From positions 26,474,001 through 26,538,000 of the forward strand of contig OZ024764.1 in assembly GCA_964016885.1 (NCBI GenBank): 64,000 bases of DNA. Reading direction: 5' to 3'. The notes below the pieces were generated by a model, which ran no database searches, was not told the origin of the DNA, and saw only the letters and a list, made by a program, of their open reading frames with translations. The first letter of the stretch is position 1. Every line of letters starts with the position of its first letter. This document shows, in pieces, positions 23,642-38,558 of the stretch. Origin of the DNA: Eledone cirrhosa. Its lineage: Eukaryota. Made by a program: the position numbers and the translations under genes.

Positions 23642-24385
23642 AATGGAAAACATTCAGACAGAGAAGAATGGATAATGAGCGTTGTAAGAGAAATTGGCCA
23701 ACAATTAATATTAATGGAAATGTAGAAGAATTTCATATTAGTGATATGAATGTTTCGTGTGATCACTGTGGAGCTTTGAAATTTAGAAATGAAAATTGTA
23801 ACTGTTGTAATAAAGGAAAGGTTGTGTTGCCACCATTGCAAATATACCCTGAGAGACTGAGAAATCTCTTTGAAAGAGGCCAGGAAGCAGTTGATTTCAC
23901 AGAAACATCTGCAATTAAAACTACATTTATTTCACTTCATTTGGTGTTACCACCCGGCAGAGGCCCGTATAGCTTTCATATTCAGGGTCAAACATATCAC
24001 TACACCCCCATCTCTGTAACCTGCAGAAAATACACCACAATATGGCCAGTTATATATTATTGATGGGAACGAAGGTATGTAGCACAGATTGGAAGTACGT
24101 CCAAATAATTGTTTCTAGCACAAGGCCAGCAATTACTGGTACTTTATTCTATCGACCTAATAAGGATGAAAACAAAGTCAACCTTGGAGGGATTTGAACC
24201 CAGAACGTAAAGGGACATAACCCTATGCTGTAAAGCATGGTGTCTGGCGCTCTACCGATACTGCCAATCCACTGCCCTAGTACCAACAAATAATGACTGC
24301 TCACCACAAAAAATGGCTATGATAAGAGAGGTGTTGCATGAATATAATCCATATGTCGAAGTGTACAATACAATGCATGGCATCA
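23642..24385 (+). mobile_element. Helitron RepHel 5' portion (copy C); its 3' part never resumes
   Basis: ORF 23668-24063 homologous to 6253-6690, then SINE, then the insert starting at 24386. Confidence 0.85.
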
Positions 24386-25309
24386 CAAATGAATATATAT
24401 ATATATACTACTAAAGTGTATGTAAAATTTTAAAATAAATACTTAAATTCAATTTGTATAATTACACATACAATATGTTTTGTTGTAAAACCCTAAATAA
24501 TGATTTAAGAAATGATGTCAATCTCTTTGTACAGAGAAAAACAATTTATATATATGCATTGTGTGCGCGTGTATACTCCATTTAAGACAGTGAAAAACCT
24601 AGTACCTCCTTCAAAGAATGCCAAATAGTTTATGCCTAAGGTGTAACACTAATTAAGTTACCGGTGTAGATATTTCAGTTGAACCCTGCTTCAAACATGC
24701 ATATTATTATTATATATTTTCAAACACACTTACATACATTATATTTATACACATAGAAATAATAAGTTAAAACTAAAGTATAATGATATAACAACAGTAT
24801 ATAATAGTTTTCTTCACTTTATTGAAATGCAATCGTTTTAAAGAAAAAACATGACAGTATAAGAAATATTTAATATGATAACATAATATTTCAGGTAGGA
24901 TGGTCGTTTCTCTATGATGGTGGTTTCTCTTTGAACTAATAATTGTTTCTATTTTAGGCACAAGGTCAGTAATTAACCAGTACATTACTGGTACTTTATT
25001 TTATCGACCCCGTAAGGATGAAAGGCAAAGTTGACCTCGGATCGTAAAGGGACGTAACTATGCTGGAAAGCATGGCGTCAGACCCTCTACCGATACTGCC
25101 AATTCACCATACAGTATAATTATACAAATATGCATATAGATAGCAATATATATACACTAATATGTATGTACATATTTACACATATGTACATATATATAGG
25201 GAGAGAGAGAGACACATGTATGTATATATATATACACATGCGTGTATGCATGTGTGTTTATGTACATTCTTCGGTATATATATCGGTATACACATTGGAG
25301 ACACAGAGA

Positions 25310-28300
25310 GAGAGAGTTGAAACGAGAGGTGAGAGAGTTGAAACAAGAGAGGAGATGGTTGAAACACGAGGAGAGAGAGAGAGTTGAAACGAGAGGAGAG
25401 AGAGAGAGTTGAAACGAGGAGAGAGTTGAAACAAGAGGGTGAGGGGAGAGAGGAAGAGAGAGAGAGAGAGGAAGAGAGAGAGAGGGGATGAGAGAGAGGA
25501 ATAGAGATAGAGGGGAAGAGAGAGAGGGGGAGAGAAGGGGATGAAACAACAGAGAGAGGGGAGAGAAAGAGAGAGGGGATAGAAAGAGAGAGAGAGAGAG
25601 AGAGAGAGAAAGAATTGAAACAAGAGAGAGATGAAACAAGTGAGGGATTAGAGAGAGATGAAACAAGTGAGGGATTAGAGTGTTGAAACAAGAGAGAGAG
25701 AGCGAGATGAAATGAGAGAAAGAGAGTGAGATGAAATGAGAGAGTGGGAGCGAGATGAAACGAGACAGGGAGAGCGAGATGAAATGAGAGAGTTAGAGTG
25801 AGATGAAACGAGAGAGTGAGAGCGAGATGAAACGAGAGACAGAGAGAGCGAGATGACACGAGACAGAGAGCGAGATGAAATGAGAGAGAGAGAGTGAGAG
25901 AGAGAGATGAAACGAGAGAGAGAGTGCGAGATGAAACGAGAGTGAGAGAGCGAGATGAAACGAGAGAGAGAGAGCGAGATGAAATGAGAGAGAGAGAGAA
26001 CGAGATGAAATGAGAGAGAGAGAGAGCGAGATGAAATGAGACATAGAGAGATGAAACGAGAGAGAGATGAAACGAGAAAGAGAGGAAACGAGAGAGAGGA
26101 AACGTGAGTAGAGAGCGAGATGAAACAGGAGCGAGAGAGCGAGATGAAACGAGAGGGAGAGAGAGATGAAACGAGAGCGAGAGAGAGATAGAGGGAAATG
26201 AAACGTCAGAGAGAGAGACAGATGAAACGAGGGATATAGAGATGAAACGAGAGAGAGAGATGAAACGAGAGAGAGGAAGAGAGAGATAGAACGAGAGAGA
26301 GGAAGAGAGAGATGAAACGAGAGAGAAGAAGACAGAGGTGAAACGAGAGAGAGAGCGAGATGAAACGAGAGAGAGAGCGAGATGAAACGAGAGAGAGGAA
26401 GAGAGAGAGCGAGAGATGAAACTCTGTCATGGACATATCTGACCCTGGGGCTAATAATTGTCATGTAATGTTATGGACATCTCTGCCCCTGTGGCTAATA
26501 ATTCTGTCATGTAATGTTATGGACATCTCTGCCCCTGTGGCTAATAATTCTGTCATGTAATGTTATGGAAATCTCTGCCCCTGTGGCTAATAATTCTGAC
26601 ATGTAATGTTATGGAATCTCTGCCCCTGTGGCTAATAAATCTGTCATTTGATGTTACGGACATCTCTGCCCCTGTGGCTAATAAATCTGTCATGTAATGT
26701 TATGGACATCTCTGCCCCTGTGGCTAATAATTCTGACATGTAATGTTATGGACATCTCTGCCCCTGTAGCTAATAATTCTGACATGTAATGTTATGGACA
26801 TCTCTGCCCCTGTGGCTAATAAATTCGTCATGTAATGTTATGGACATCTCTGCCCCTGTGGCTAATAAATCTGTCATGTAATGTTATGGACATCTCTGCC
26901 CCTGTGGCTAATAATTCTGACATGTAATGTTATGGACATCTCTGCCCCTGTGGCTAATAATTCTGACATGTAATGTTATGGACATCTCTGCCCCTGTGGC
27001 TAATAATTCTGAGAGAGATGAAACAAGTGAGGGATTAGAGAGAGATGAAACAAGTGAGGGATTAGAGTGTTGAAACAAGAGAGAGAGAGGAAGAGAGAGT
27101 GAGAGCGAAATCAAACGAGAGAGAGCGAGATGAAATGAGAGAGTGAGAGCGAGATGAAACGAGAGAGAGAGAGAGAGCGAGATGAAATGAGAGAGAGAGA
27201 GCGAGATGAAATGAGAGAGAGAGAGCGAGATGAAACGAGACAGAGAGAGCGGGATGAAACGAGACAGAGAGAGCGAGAGCGAGATGAAACGGGACAGAGA
27301 GAGCGAGATGAAACGAGAGAGAGAGAGAGCGAGATGAAATGAGAGAGAGAGAGAGCGAGATGAAATGAGAGAGAGAGAGCGAGGTGAAACGAGAGAGTGA
27401 GAGCGAGATGGAACGAGACAGAGAGAGCGAGATGAAACGAGAGTGGGAGAGCTAGATGAAACGAGAGAGAGAGGAAATGAGAGAGACGAAACGAGAGAGA
27501 GGAAACGAGAGTAGAGAGCGAGATGAAACAGGAGAGAGAGAGCGAGATGAAACAGGAGCGAGAGAGCGAGATGAAACGAGAGGGAGAGAGAGATGAAACG
27601 AGAGAGCGAGAGAGAGATAGAGGGAGATGAAACGACAGAGAGAGAGACAGATGAAACGAGGGAGATAGAGATGAAACGAGAGAGAGAGATGAAACGAGAG
27701 AGAGGAAGAGAGAGATGGAACGAGAGAGAGGAAGAGAGAGATGGAACGAGAGAGAGGAAGACAGAGATGAAACGAGAGAGAGAGAGAGCAAGATGAAACG
27801 AGAGAGAGAGATGAAACGAGAGAGAGGAAGAGAGAGATGGAACGAGAGAGAGGAAGAGAGAGATGGAACGAGCGAGAGGAAGACAGAGATGAAACGAGAC
27901 AGAGAGAGATCGAGATGAAACGAGAGAGAGGAAGAGAGAGAGCGCAAGATGAAACGAGAGAGAGATAGAGAGCGAGATGAAACGAGAGAGAGGAAGAGAG
28001 AGAGCGCGAGATGAAACGAGAGAGAGGAAGAGAGAGAGAGCGCGAGATGAAATGAGAGAGAGAGAGCGAGATGAAATGAGAGATTGAGAGTGAGATGAAA
28101 CGAGAGAGTGAGAGAGAGCGAGATGAAATGAGAGAGAGAGAGCGAGATGAAATGAGAGAGAGAGAGCGAGATGAAACGAGACAGAGAGAGCGGGATGAAA
28201 CGAGACAGAGAGATCGAGATGAAATGAGAGAGAGAGAGCGAGATGAAATGAGAGAGAGAGAGCGAGATGAAACGAGAGAGTGAGAGCGAGATGGAACGAG

Positions 28301-31300
28301 TCAGAGAGAGCGAAATGAAACGAGAGAGTGAGAGCTAGATGAAACGAGAGAGAGAGGAAACGAGAGAGAGAGGAAACGAGAGAGAGGAAATGAGAGAGAG
28401 GAAACGAGAGTAGAGAGCAAGATGAAACAGGAGAGAGAGAGAGCGAGATGAAACCGGAGAGAGAGAGCGAGATGAAACGAGAGGGAGGGAGAGATGAAAC
28501 GAGAGAGCGAGAGAGAGATAGAGGGAGATGAAACGAGAGAGTGATAGCTAGATGAAACGAGAGAGAGAGGAATAGAGAGATGGAACGAGAGAGAGGAAGA
28601 CAGATATGAAACGAGAGAGAGAGAGAGCGAGATGAAACGAGAGAGAGGAAGAGAGAGAGCGCGAGATGAAAGTCTGTCATGTAATGTTATGGACATATCT
28701 GCCCTTGGGGCTAATAATTGTCATGTAATGTTATGGACATATCTACCCTTGGGGCTAATAATTGTCATGTAATGTTATGTACATCTCTGCCCCTGTGGCA
28801 AATAATTCTGTCATGTAATGTTATGGACATCTCTGTCCCTGTGGCTAATAATTATGTCATGTAATGTTATGCACATCTCTGCCCCTGTGGCTAATAATTC
28901 TGTCATGTAATGTTATGGACATCTCTGCCCCTGTGGCTAATAAATTCGTCATGTAATGTTATGGACATCTCTGCCCCTGTGGCTAATAAATCTGTCATGT
29001 AATGTTATGGACATCTCTGCCCCTGTGGCTAATAATTCTGACATGTAATGTTATGGATATCTCTGCCCCTGTGGCTAATAATTCTGAGAGAGATGAAACA
29101 AGTGAGGGATAAGAGAGAGATGAAACAAATGAGGGATTAGAGTGTTGAAACAAGAGAGAGAGAGGAAGAGAGAGTGAGAGCGAGATCAAACGAGAGAGAG
29201 AGAGCGAGATGAAATGAGAGAGTGAGAGCGAATGAAACGAGAGAGAGAGAGCGAGATGAAATGAGAGAGCGAGAGCGAGATGAAACGAGAGAGAGAGAGC
29301 GAGATGAAATGAGAGAGAGAGAGCGAGATGAAACGAGAGAGTGAGAGCTAGAGGAAACGAGAGAGAGAGGAAACGAGAGAGAGGATACGAGAGAGAGGAA
29401 ACGAGAGTAGAGAGCGAGATGAAACAGGAGAGAGAGAGCGAGATGAAACAGGAGAGAGAGAGCGAGATGAAACGAGAGGGAGAGAGAGATGAAACGAGAG
29501 AGCGAGAGAGAGATAGAGGGAGATGAAACGACAGAGAGAGAGACAGATGAAACGAGGGAGATAGAGATGAAACGAGAGAGAGAGATGAAACGAGAGAGAG
29601 GAAGAGAGAGATGGAACGAGAGAGAGGAAGAGAGAGATGGAACGAGAGAGAGGAAGACAGAGATGAAACGAGAGAGAGAGAGAGCGAGATGAAACGAGAG
29701 AGAGGAAGAGAGAACGCGAGATGAAACGAGAGAGAGAGAGAGCAAGATGAAACGAGAGAGAGGAAGAGAGAGAGCGCAAGATGAAACGAGAGAGAGAGCG
29801 CGAGATGAAAGTCTGTCATGTAATGTTATGGACATATCTGCCCTTGGGGCTAATAATTGTCATGTAATGTTATGGAAATCTCTGCCTCTGTGGCTAATAA
29901 TTCTTTCATGTAATGTTATGGACATCTCTGCCCCTGTGGCTAATAATTCTGTCATGTAATGTTATGGACATCTCTGCCCCTGTGGCTAATAAATCTGTCA
30001 TGTAATGTTATGGACATCTCTGCCCCTGTGGCTAATAATTCTGACATGTAATGTTATGGACATCTCTGCCCCTGTGGCTAATAAATATGACATGTAATGT
30101 TATGGACATCTCTGCCCCTGTGGCTAATAAATCTGTCATGTAATGTTATGGACATCTCTGCCCCTGTGGCTAATAATTCTGACATGTAATGTTATGGACA
30201 TCTCTGCCCCTGTGGCTAATAATTCTGAGAGAGATGAAACAAGTGAGGGATTAGAGAGAGATGAAACAAGTGAGGGATTAGAGTGTTGAAACAAGAGAGA
30301 GAGAGAGGAAGAGAGAGTGAGAGCGAAATCAAACGAGAGAGAGCGAGATGAAATGAGAGAGTGAGAGCGAGATGAAACGAGAGAGAGAGAGAGAGCGAGA
30401 TGAAATGAGAGAGAGACAGCGAGATGAAATGAGAGAGAGAGAGCGAGATGAAACGAGACAGAGAGAGCGGGATGAAACGAGACAGAGAGAGCGAGAGCGA
30501 GATGAAACGAGACAGAGAGAGCGAGATGAAACGAGAGAGAGAGAGCGAGATGAAATGAGAGAGAGAGAGCGAGATGAAATGAGAGAGAGAGAGCGAGGTG
30601 AAACGAGAGAGTGAGAGCGAGATGGAACGAGACAGAGAGAGCGAGATGAAACGAGAGTGGGAGAGCTAGATGAAACGAGAGAGAGAGGAAACGAGAGAGA
30701 CGAAACGAGAGAGAGGAAACGAGAGTAGAGAGCGAGATGAAACAGGAGAGAGAGAGCGAGATGAAACAGGAGAGAGAGAGCGAGATGAAACGAGAGGGAG
30801 AGAGAGATGAAACGAGAGAGCGAGAGAGAGATAGAGGGAGATGAAACGACAGAGAGAGAGACAGATGAAACGAGGGAGATAGAGATGAAACGAGAGAGAG
30901 AGATGAAACGAGAGAGAGGAAGAGAGAGATGGAACGAGAGAGAGGAAGGGAGAGATGGAACGAGAGAGAGGAAGACAGAGATGAAACGAGAGAGAGAGAG
31001 AGCAAGATGAAACGAGAGAGAGAGATGAAACGAGAGAGAGGAAGAGAGAGATGGAACGAGAGAGAGGAAGAGAGAGATGGAACGAGCGAGAGGAAGACAG
31101 AGATGAAACGAGACAGAGAGAGATCGAGATGAAACGAGAGAGAGGAAGAGAGAGAGCGCAAGATGAAACGAGAGAGAGAGAGAGAGCGAGATGAAACGAG
31201 AGAGAGGAAGAGAGAGAGCGCGAGATGAAACGAGAGAGAGGAAGAGAGAGAGCGCGAGATGAAATGAGAGAGAGAGAGCGAGATGAAATGAGAGATTGAG

Positions 31301-34300
31301 AGTGAGATGAAACGAGAGAGTGAGAGAGAGCGAGATGAAATGACAGAGAGAGAGCGAGATGAAATGAGAGAGAGAGAGCGAGATGAAACGAGACAGAGAG
31401 AGCGGGATGAAACGAGACAGAGAGATCGAGATGAAATGAGAGAGAGAGAGCGAGATGAAATGAGAGAGAGAGAGCGAGATGAAACGAGAGAGTGAGAGCG
31501 AGATGGAACGAGTCAGAGAGAGCGAGATGAAACGAGAGAGTGAGAGCTAGATGAAACGAGAGAGAGAGGAAACGAGAGAGAGAGAGGAAACGAGAGAGAG
31601 GAAACGAGAGAGAGGAAACGAGAGTAGAGAGCAAGATGAAACAGGAGAGAGAGAGAGCGAGATGAAACCGGAGAGAGAGAGCGAGATGAAACGAGAGGGA
31701 GGGAGAGATGAAACGAGAGAGCGAGAGAGAGATAGAGGGAGATGAAACGAGAGAGTGATAGCTAGATGAAACGAGAGAGAGAGGAATAGAGAGATGGAAC
31801 GAGAGAGAGGAAGACAGATATGAAACGAGAGAGAGAGAGAGCGAGATGAAACGAGAGAGAGGAAGAGAGAGAGCGCGAGATGAAACGAGAGAGAGAGAGC
31901 GAGATGAAACGAGAGAGAGAGCGAGATGAAACGAGAGAGAGGAAGAGAGAGAGCGCGAGATGAAAGTCTGTCATGTAATGTTATGGACATATCTGCCCTT
32001 GGGGCTAATAATTGTCATGTAATGTTATGGACATATCTACCCTTGGGGCTAATAATTGTCATGTAATGTTATGTACATCTCTGCCCCTGTGGCAAATAAT
32101 TCTGTCATGTAATGTTATGGACACCTCTGTCCCTGTGGCTAATAATTATGTTATGTAATGTTATGGACATCTCTGCCCCTGTGGCTAATAATTCTGTCAT
32201 GTAATGTTATGGACATCTCTGCCCCTGTGGCTAATAAATTCGTCATGTAATGTTATGGACATCTCTGCCCCTGTGGCTAATAAATCTGTCATGTAATGTT
32301 TTGGACATCTCTTCCCCTGTGGCTAATAATTCTGACATGTAATGTTATGGATATCTCTGCCCCTGTGGCTAATAATTCTGAGAGAGATGAAACAAGTGAG
32401 GGATAAGAGAGAGATGAAACAAGTGAGGGATTAGAGTGTTGAAACAAGAGAGAGAGAGGAAGAGAGAGTGAGAGCGAGATCAAACGAGAGAGAGAGAGCG
32501 AGATGAAATGAGAGAGTGAGAGCGAGATGAAACGAGAGAGAGAGAGCGAGATGAAATGAGAGAGAGAGAGCGAGATGAAATGAGAGAGAGAGAGCGAGAT
32601 GAAACGAGACAGAGAGAGCGAGGTGAAACGAGAGAGAGAGAGAGCGAAATGAAACGAGACAGATTAGAGCGAGATGAAACGAGAGAGAGAGAGCAAGATG
32701 AAATGAGAGAGAGAGAGCGAGATGAAACGAGAGAGTGAGAGCTAGAGGAAACGATAGAGAGAGGAAACGAGAGAGAGAGGAAACGAGAGAGAGGATACGA
32801 GAGAGAGGAAACGAGAGTAGAGAGCGAGATGAAACAAGAGAGAGAGAGCGAGATGAAACAGGAGAGAGAGAGCGAGATGAAACGAGAGGGAGAGTGAGAT
32901 GAAACGAGAGAGCGAGAGAGAGATAGAGGGAGATGAAACGACAGAGAGAGAGACAGATGAAACGAGGGAGATAGAGATGAAACGAGAGAGAGAGATGAAA
33001 CGAGAGAGAGGAAGAGAGAGATGGAACGAGAGAGAGGAAGAGAGAGATGGAACGAGAGAGAGGAAGACAGAGATGAAACGAGAGAGAGAGAGAGCGAGAT
33101 GAAACGAGAGAGAGGAAGAGAGAGAACGCGAGATGAAACGAGAGAGAGAGCAAGATGAAACGAGAGAGAGGAAGAGAGAGAGCGCAAGATGAAACGAGAG
33201 AGAGAGAGCGCGAGATGAAAGTCTGTCATGTAATGTTATGGACATATCTGCCCTTGGGGCTAATAATTGTCATGTAATGTTATGGAAATCTCTGCCCCTG
33301 TGGCTAATAATTCTGTCATGTAATGTTATGGACATCTCTGCCCCTGTGGCTAATAATTCTGTCATGTAATGTTATGGACATCTCTGCCCCTGTGGCTAAT
33401 AAATCTGTCATGTAATGTTATGGACATCTCTGCCCCTGTGGCTAATAATTCTGACATGTAATGTTATGGACATCTCTGCCCCTGTGGCTAATAAATATGA
33501 CATGTAATGTTATGGACATCTCTGCCCCTGTGGCTAATAAATCTGTCATGTAATGTTATGGACATCTCTGCCCCTGTGGCTAATAATTCTGACATGTAAT
33601 GTTATGGACATCTCTGCCCCTGTGGCTAATAAATCTGTCATGTAATGTTATGGACATCTCTGCCCCTGTGGCTAATAATTCTGACATGTAATGTTATGGA
33701 CATCTCTGCCCCTGTGGCTAATAATTCTGTCATGTAATGTTATGGACATCTCTGCCCCTGTGGCTAATAAATTCGTCATGTAATGTTATGGACATCTCTG
33801 CCCCTGTGGCTAATAAATCTGTCATGTAATGTTATGGACATCTCTGCCCCTGTGGCTAATAATTCTGACATGTAATGTTATGGATATCTCTGCCCCTGTG
33901 GCTAATAATTCTGAGAGAGATGAAACAAGTGAGGGATAAGAGAGAGATGAAACAAATGAGGGATTAGAGTGTTGAAACAAGAGAGAGAGAGGAAGAGAGA
34001 GTGAGAGCGAGATCAAATGAGAGAGAGAGAGCGAGATGAAATGAGAGAGTGAGAGCGAGATGAAACGAGAGAGAGAGAGCGAGATGAAATGAGAGATCGA
34101 GAGCGAGATGAAATGAGAGAGAGAGAGCGAGATGAAACGAGACAGAGAGAGCGAGATGAAACGAGAGAGAGAGAGAGCGAAATGAAACGAGACAGATTAG
34201 AGCGAGATGAAACGAGAGAGAGAGAGCGAGATGAAATGAGAGAGAGAGAGCGAGATGAAACGAGAGAGTGAGAGCTAGAGGAAACGAGAGAGAGAGGAAA

Positions 34301-37300
34301 CGAGAGAGAGGATACGAGAGAGAGGAAACGAGAGTAGAGAGCGAGATGAAACAGGAGAGAGAGAGCGAGATGAAACAGGAGAGAGAGCGAGATGAAACGA
34401 GAGGGAGAGAGAGATGAAACGAGAGAGCGAGAGAGAGATAGAGGGAGATGAAACGACAGAGAGAGAGACAGATGAAACGAGGGAGATAGAGATGAAACGA
34501 GAGAGAGAGATGAAACGAGAGAGAGGAAGAGAGAGATGGAACGAGAGAGAGGAAGAGAGAGATGGAACGAGAGAGAGGAAGACAGAGATGAAACGAGAGA
34601 GAGAGAGAGCGAGATGAAACGAGAGAGAGGAAGAGAGAACGCGAGATGAAACGAGAGAGAGAGAGAGCAAGATGAAACGAGAGAGAGGAAGAGAGAGAGC
34701 GCAAGATGAAACGAGAGAGAGAGCGCGAGATGAAAGTCTGTCATGTAATGTTATGGACATATCTGCCCTTGGGGCTAATAATTGTCATGTAATGTTATGG
34801 AAATCTCTGCCTCTGTGGCTAATAATTCTTTCATGTAATGTTATGGACATCTCTGCCCCTGTGGCTAATAATTCTGTCATGTAATGTTATGGACATCTCT
34901 GCCCCTGTGGCTAATAAATCTGTCATGTAATGTTATGGACATCTCTGCCCCTGTGGCTAATAATTCTGACATGTAATGTTATGGACATCTCTGCCCCTGT
35001 GGCTAATAAATATGACATGTAATGTTATGGACATCTCTGCCCCTGTGGCTAATAAATCTGTCATGTAATGTTATGGACATCTCTGCCCCTGTGGCTAATA
35101 ATTCTGACATGTAATGTTATGGACATCTCTGCCCCTGTGGCTAATAATTCTGAGAGAGATGAAACAAGTGAGGGATTAGAGAGAGATGAAACAAGTGAGG
35201 GATTAGCGTGTTGAAACAAGAGAGAGAGAGAGGAAGAGAGAGTGAGAGTGAAATCAAACGAGAGAGAGCGAGATGAAATGAGAGAGTGAGAGCGAGATGA
35301 AACGAGAGAGAGAGTGAGAGCGAGATGAAACGAGAGAGAGAGAGAGAGCGAGATGAAACGAGACAGAGAGAGCGAGATGAAACGAGAGAGAGAGAGCGAG
35401 ATGAAATGAGAGAGAGAGAGCGAGATGAAATGAGAGAGAGAGAGCGAGATGAAACGAGAGAGTGAGAGCGAGATGGAACGAGACAGAGAGAGCGAGATGA
35501 AACGAGAGTGGGAGAGCTAGATGAAACGAGAGAGAGAGGAAACGAGAGAGACGAAACGAGAGAGAGGAAACGAGAGTAGAGAGCGAGATGAAACAGGAGA
35601 GAGAGAGCGAGATGAAACAGGAGAGAGAGAGCGAGATGAAACGAGAGGGAGAGAGAGATGAAACGAGAGAGCGAGAGAGAGATAGAGGGAGATGAAACGA
35701 CAGAGAGAGAGACAGATGAAACGAGGGAGATAGAGATGAAACGAGAGAGAGAGATGAAACGAGAGAGAGGAAGAGAGAGATGGAACGAGAGAGAGGAAGG
35801 GAGAGATGGAACGAGAGAGAGGAAGACAGAGATGAAACGAGAGAGAGAGAGAGCAAGATGAAACGAGAGAGAGAGATGAAACGAGAGAGAGGAAGAGAGA
35901 GATGGAACGAGAGAGAGGAAGAGAGAGATGGAACGAGCGAGAGGAAGACAGAGATGAAACGAGACAGAGAGAGATCGAGATGAAACGAGAGAGAGGAAGA
36001 GAGAGAGCGCAAGATGAAACGAGAGAGAGAGAGAGAGCGAGATGAAACGAGAGAGAGGAAGAGAGAGAGCGCGAGATGAAACGAGAGAGAGGGAGAGAGA
36101 GAGCGCGAGATGAAATGAGAGAGAGAGAGCGAGATGAAATGAGAGATTGAGAGTGAGATGAAACGAGAGAGTGAGAGAGAGCGAGATGAAATGACAGAGA
36201 GAGAGCGAGATGAAATGAGAGAGAGAGAGCGAGATGAAACGAGACAGAGAGAGCGGGATGAAACGAGACAGAGAGATCGAGATGAAATGAGAGAGAGAGA
36301 GCGAGATGAAATGAGAGAGAGAGAGCGAGATGAAACGAGAGAGTGAGAGCGAGATGGAACGAGTCAGAGAGAGCGAGATGAAACGAGAGAGTGAGAGCTA
36401 GATGAAACGAGAGAGAGAGGAAACGAGAGAGAGGAAACGAGAGAGAGGAAACGAGAGTAGAGAGCAAGATGAAACAGGAGAGAGAGAGAGCGAGATGAAA
36501 CCGGAGAGAGAGAGCGAGATGAAACGAGAGGGAGGGAGAGATGAAACGAGAGAGCGAGAGAGAGATAGAGGGAGATGAAACGAGAGAGTGATAGCTAGAT
36601 GAAACGAGAGAGAGAGGAATAGAGAGATGGAACGAGAGAGAGGAAGACAGATATGAAACGAGAGAGAGAGAGAGCGAGATGAAACGAGAGAGAGGAAGAG
36701 AGCGCGAGATGAAACGAGAGAGAGAGAGCGAGATGAAACGAGAGAGAGAGCGAGATGAAACGAGAGAGAGGAAGAGAGAGAGCGCGAGATGAAAGTCTGT
36801 CATGTAATGTTATGGACATATCTGCCCTTGGGGCTAATAATTGTCATGTAATGTTATGGACATATCTACCCTTGGGGCTAATAATTGTCATGTAATGTTA
36901 TGTACATCTCTGCCCCTGTGGCAAATAATTCTGTCATGTAATGTTATGGACACCTCTGTCCCTGTGGCTAATAATTATGTCATGTAATGTTATGGACATC
37001 TCTGCCCCTGTGGCTAATAATTCTGTCATGTAATGTTATGGACATCTCTGCCCCTGTGGCTAATAAATTCGTCATGTAATGTTATGGACATCTCTGCCCC
37101 TGTGGCTAATAAATCTGTCATGTAATGTTTTGGACATCTCTTCCCCTGTGGCTAATAATTCTGACATGTAATGTTATGGATATCTCTGCCCCTGTGGCTA
37201 ATAATTCTGAGAGAGATGAAACAAGTGAGGGATAAGAGAGAGATGAAACAAGTGAGGGATTAGAGTGTTGAAACAAGAGAGAGAGAGGAAGAGAGAGTGA

Positions 37301-38558
37301 GAGCGAGATCAAACGAGAGAGAGAGAGCGAGATGAAATGAGAGAGTGAGAGCGAGATGAAACGAGAGAGAGAGAGCGAGATGAAATGAGAGAGAGAGAGC
37401 GAGATGAAATGAGAGAGAGAGAGCGAGATGAAACGAGACAGAGAGAGCGAGGTGAAACGAGAGAGAGAGAGAGCGAAATGAAACGAGACAGATTAGAGCG
37501 AGATGAAACGAGAGAGAGAGAGCAAGATGAAATGAGAGAGAGAGAGCGAGATGAAACGAGAGAGTGAGAGCTAGAGGAAACGATAGAGAGAGGAAACGAG
37601 AGAGAGAGGAAACGAGAGAGAGGATACGAGAGAGAGGAAACGAGAGTAGAGAGCGAGATGAAACAGGAGAGAGAGAGCGAGATGAAACAGGAGAGAGAGA
37701 GCGAGATGAAACGAGAGGGAGAGTGAGATGAAACGAGAGAGCGAGAGAGAGATAGAGGGAGATGAAACGACAGAGAGAGAGACAGATGAAACGAGGGAGA
37801 TAGAGATGAAACGAGAGTGAGTGATGAAACGAGAGAGAGGAAGAGAGAGATGGAACGAGAGAGAGGAAGAGAGAGATGGAACGAGAGAGAGGAAGACAGA
37901 GATGAAACGAGAGAGAGAGAGAGCGAGATGAAACGAGAGAGAGGAAGAGAGAGAACGCGAGATGAAACGAGAGAGAGAGCAAGATGAAACGAGAGAGAGG
38001 AAGAGAGATAGCGCAAGATGAAACGAGAGAGAGAGAGCGCGAGATGGAAGTCTGTCATGTAATGTTATGGACATATCTGCCCTTGGGGCTAATAATTGTC
38101 ATGTAATGTTATGGAAATCTCTGCCCCTGTGGCTAATAATTCTGTCATGTAATGTTATGGACATCTCTGCCCCTGTGGCTAATAATTCTGTCATGTAATG
38201 TTATGGACATCTCTGCCCCTGTGGCTAATAAATCTGTCATGTAATGTTATGGACATCTCTGCCCCTGTGGCTAATAATTCTGACATGTAATGTTATGGAC
38301 ATCTCTGCCCCTGTGGCTAATAAATATGACATGTAATGTTATGGACATCTCTGCCCCTGTGGCTAATAAATCTGTCATGTAATGTTATGGACATCTCTGC
38401 CCCTGTGGCTAATAATTCTGACATGTAATGTTATGGACATCTCTGCCCCTGTGGCTAATAAATCTGTCATGTAATGTTATGGACATCTCTGCCCCTGTGG
38501 CTAATAATTCTGACATGTAATGTTATGGACATCTCTGCCCCTGTGGCTAATAATTCTG
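25310..38558 (+). repeat. Left arm: alternating GA-minisatellite and 46-bp satellite blocks (8 GA blocks)
   Basis: GA blocks start at ~25310, 27010, 29086, 30228, 32381, 33913, 35152, 37210, each followed by a 46-bp array. Confidence 0.95.

Larger units (their letters stand above)
16649..23878 (+). repeat. Tandem triplication of the ~2.7-kb unit (boundaries 16649, 19352, 22053)
   Basis: ORFs repeat at 17299/20010/22711 and 17810/20521/23222. Confidence 0.95.
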
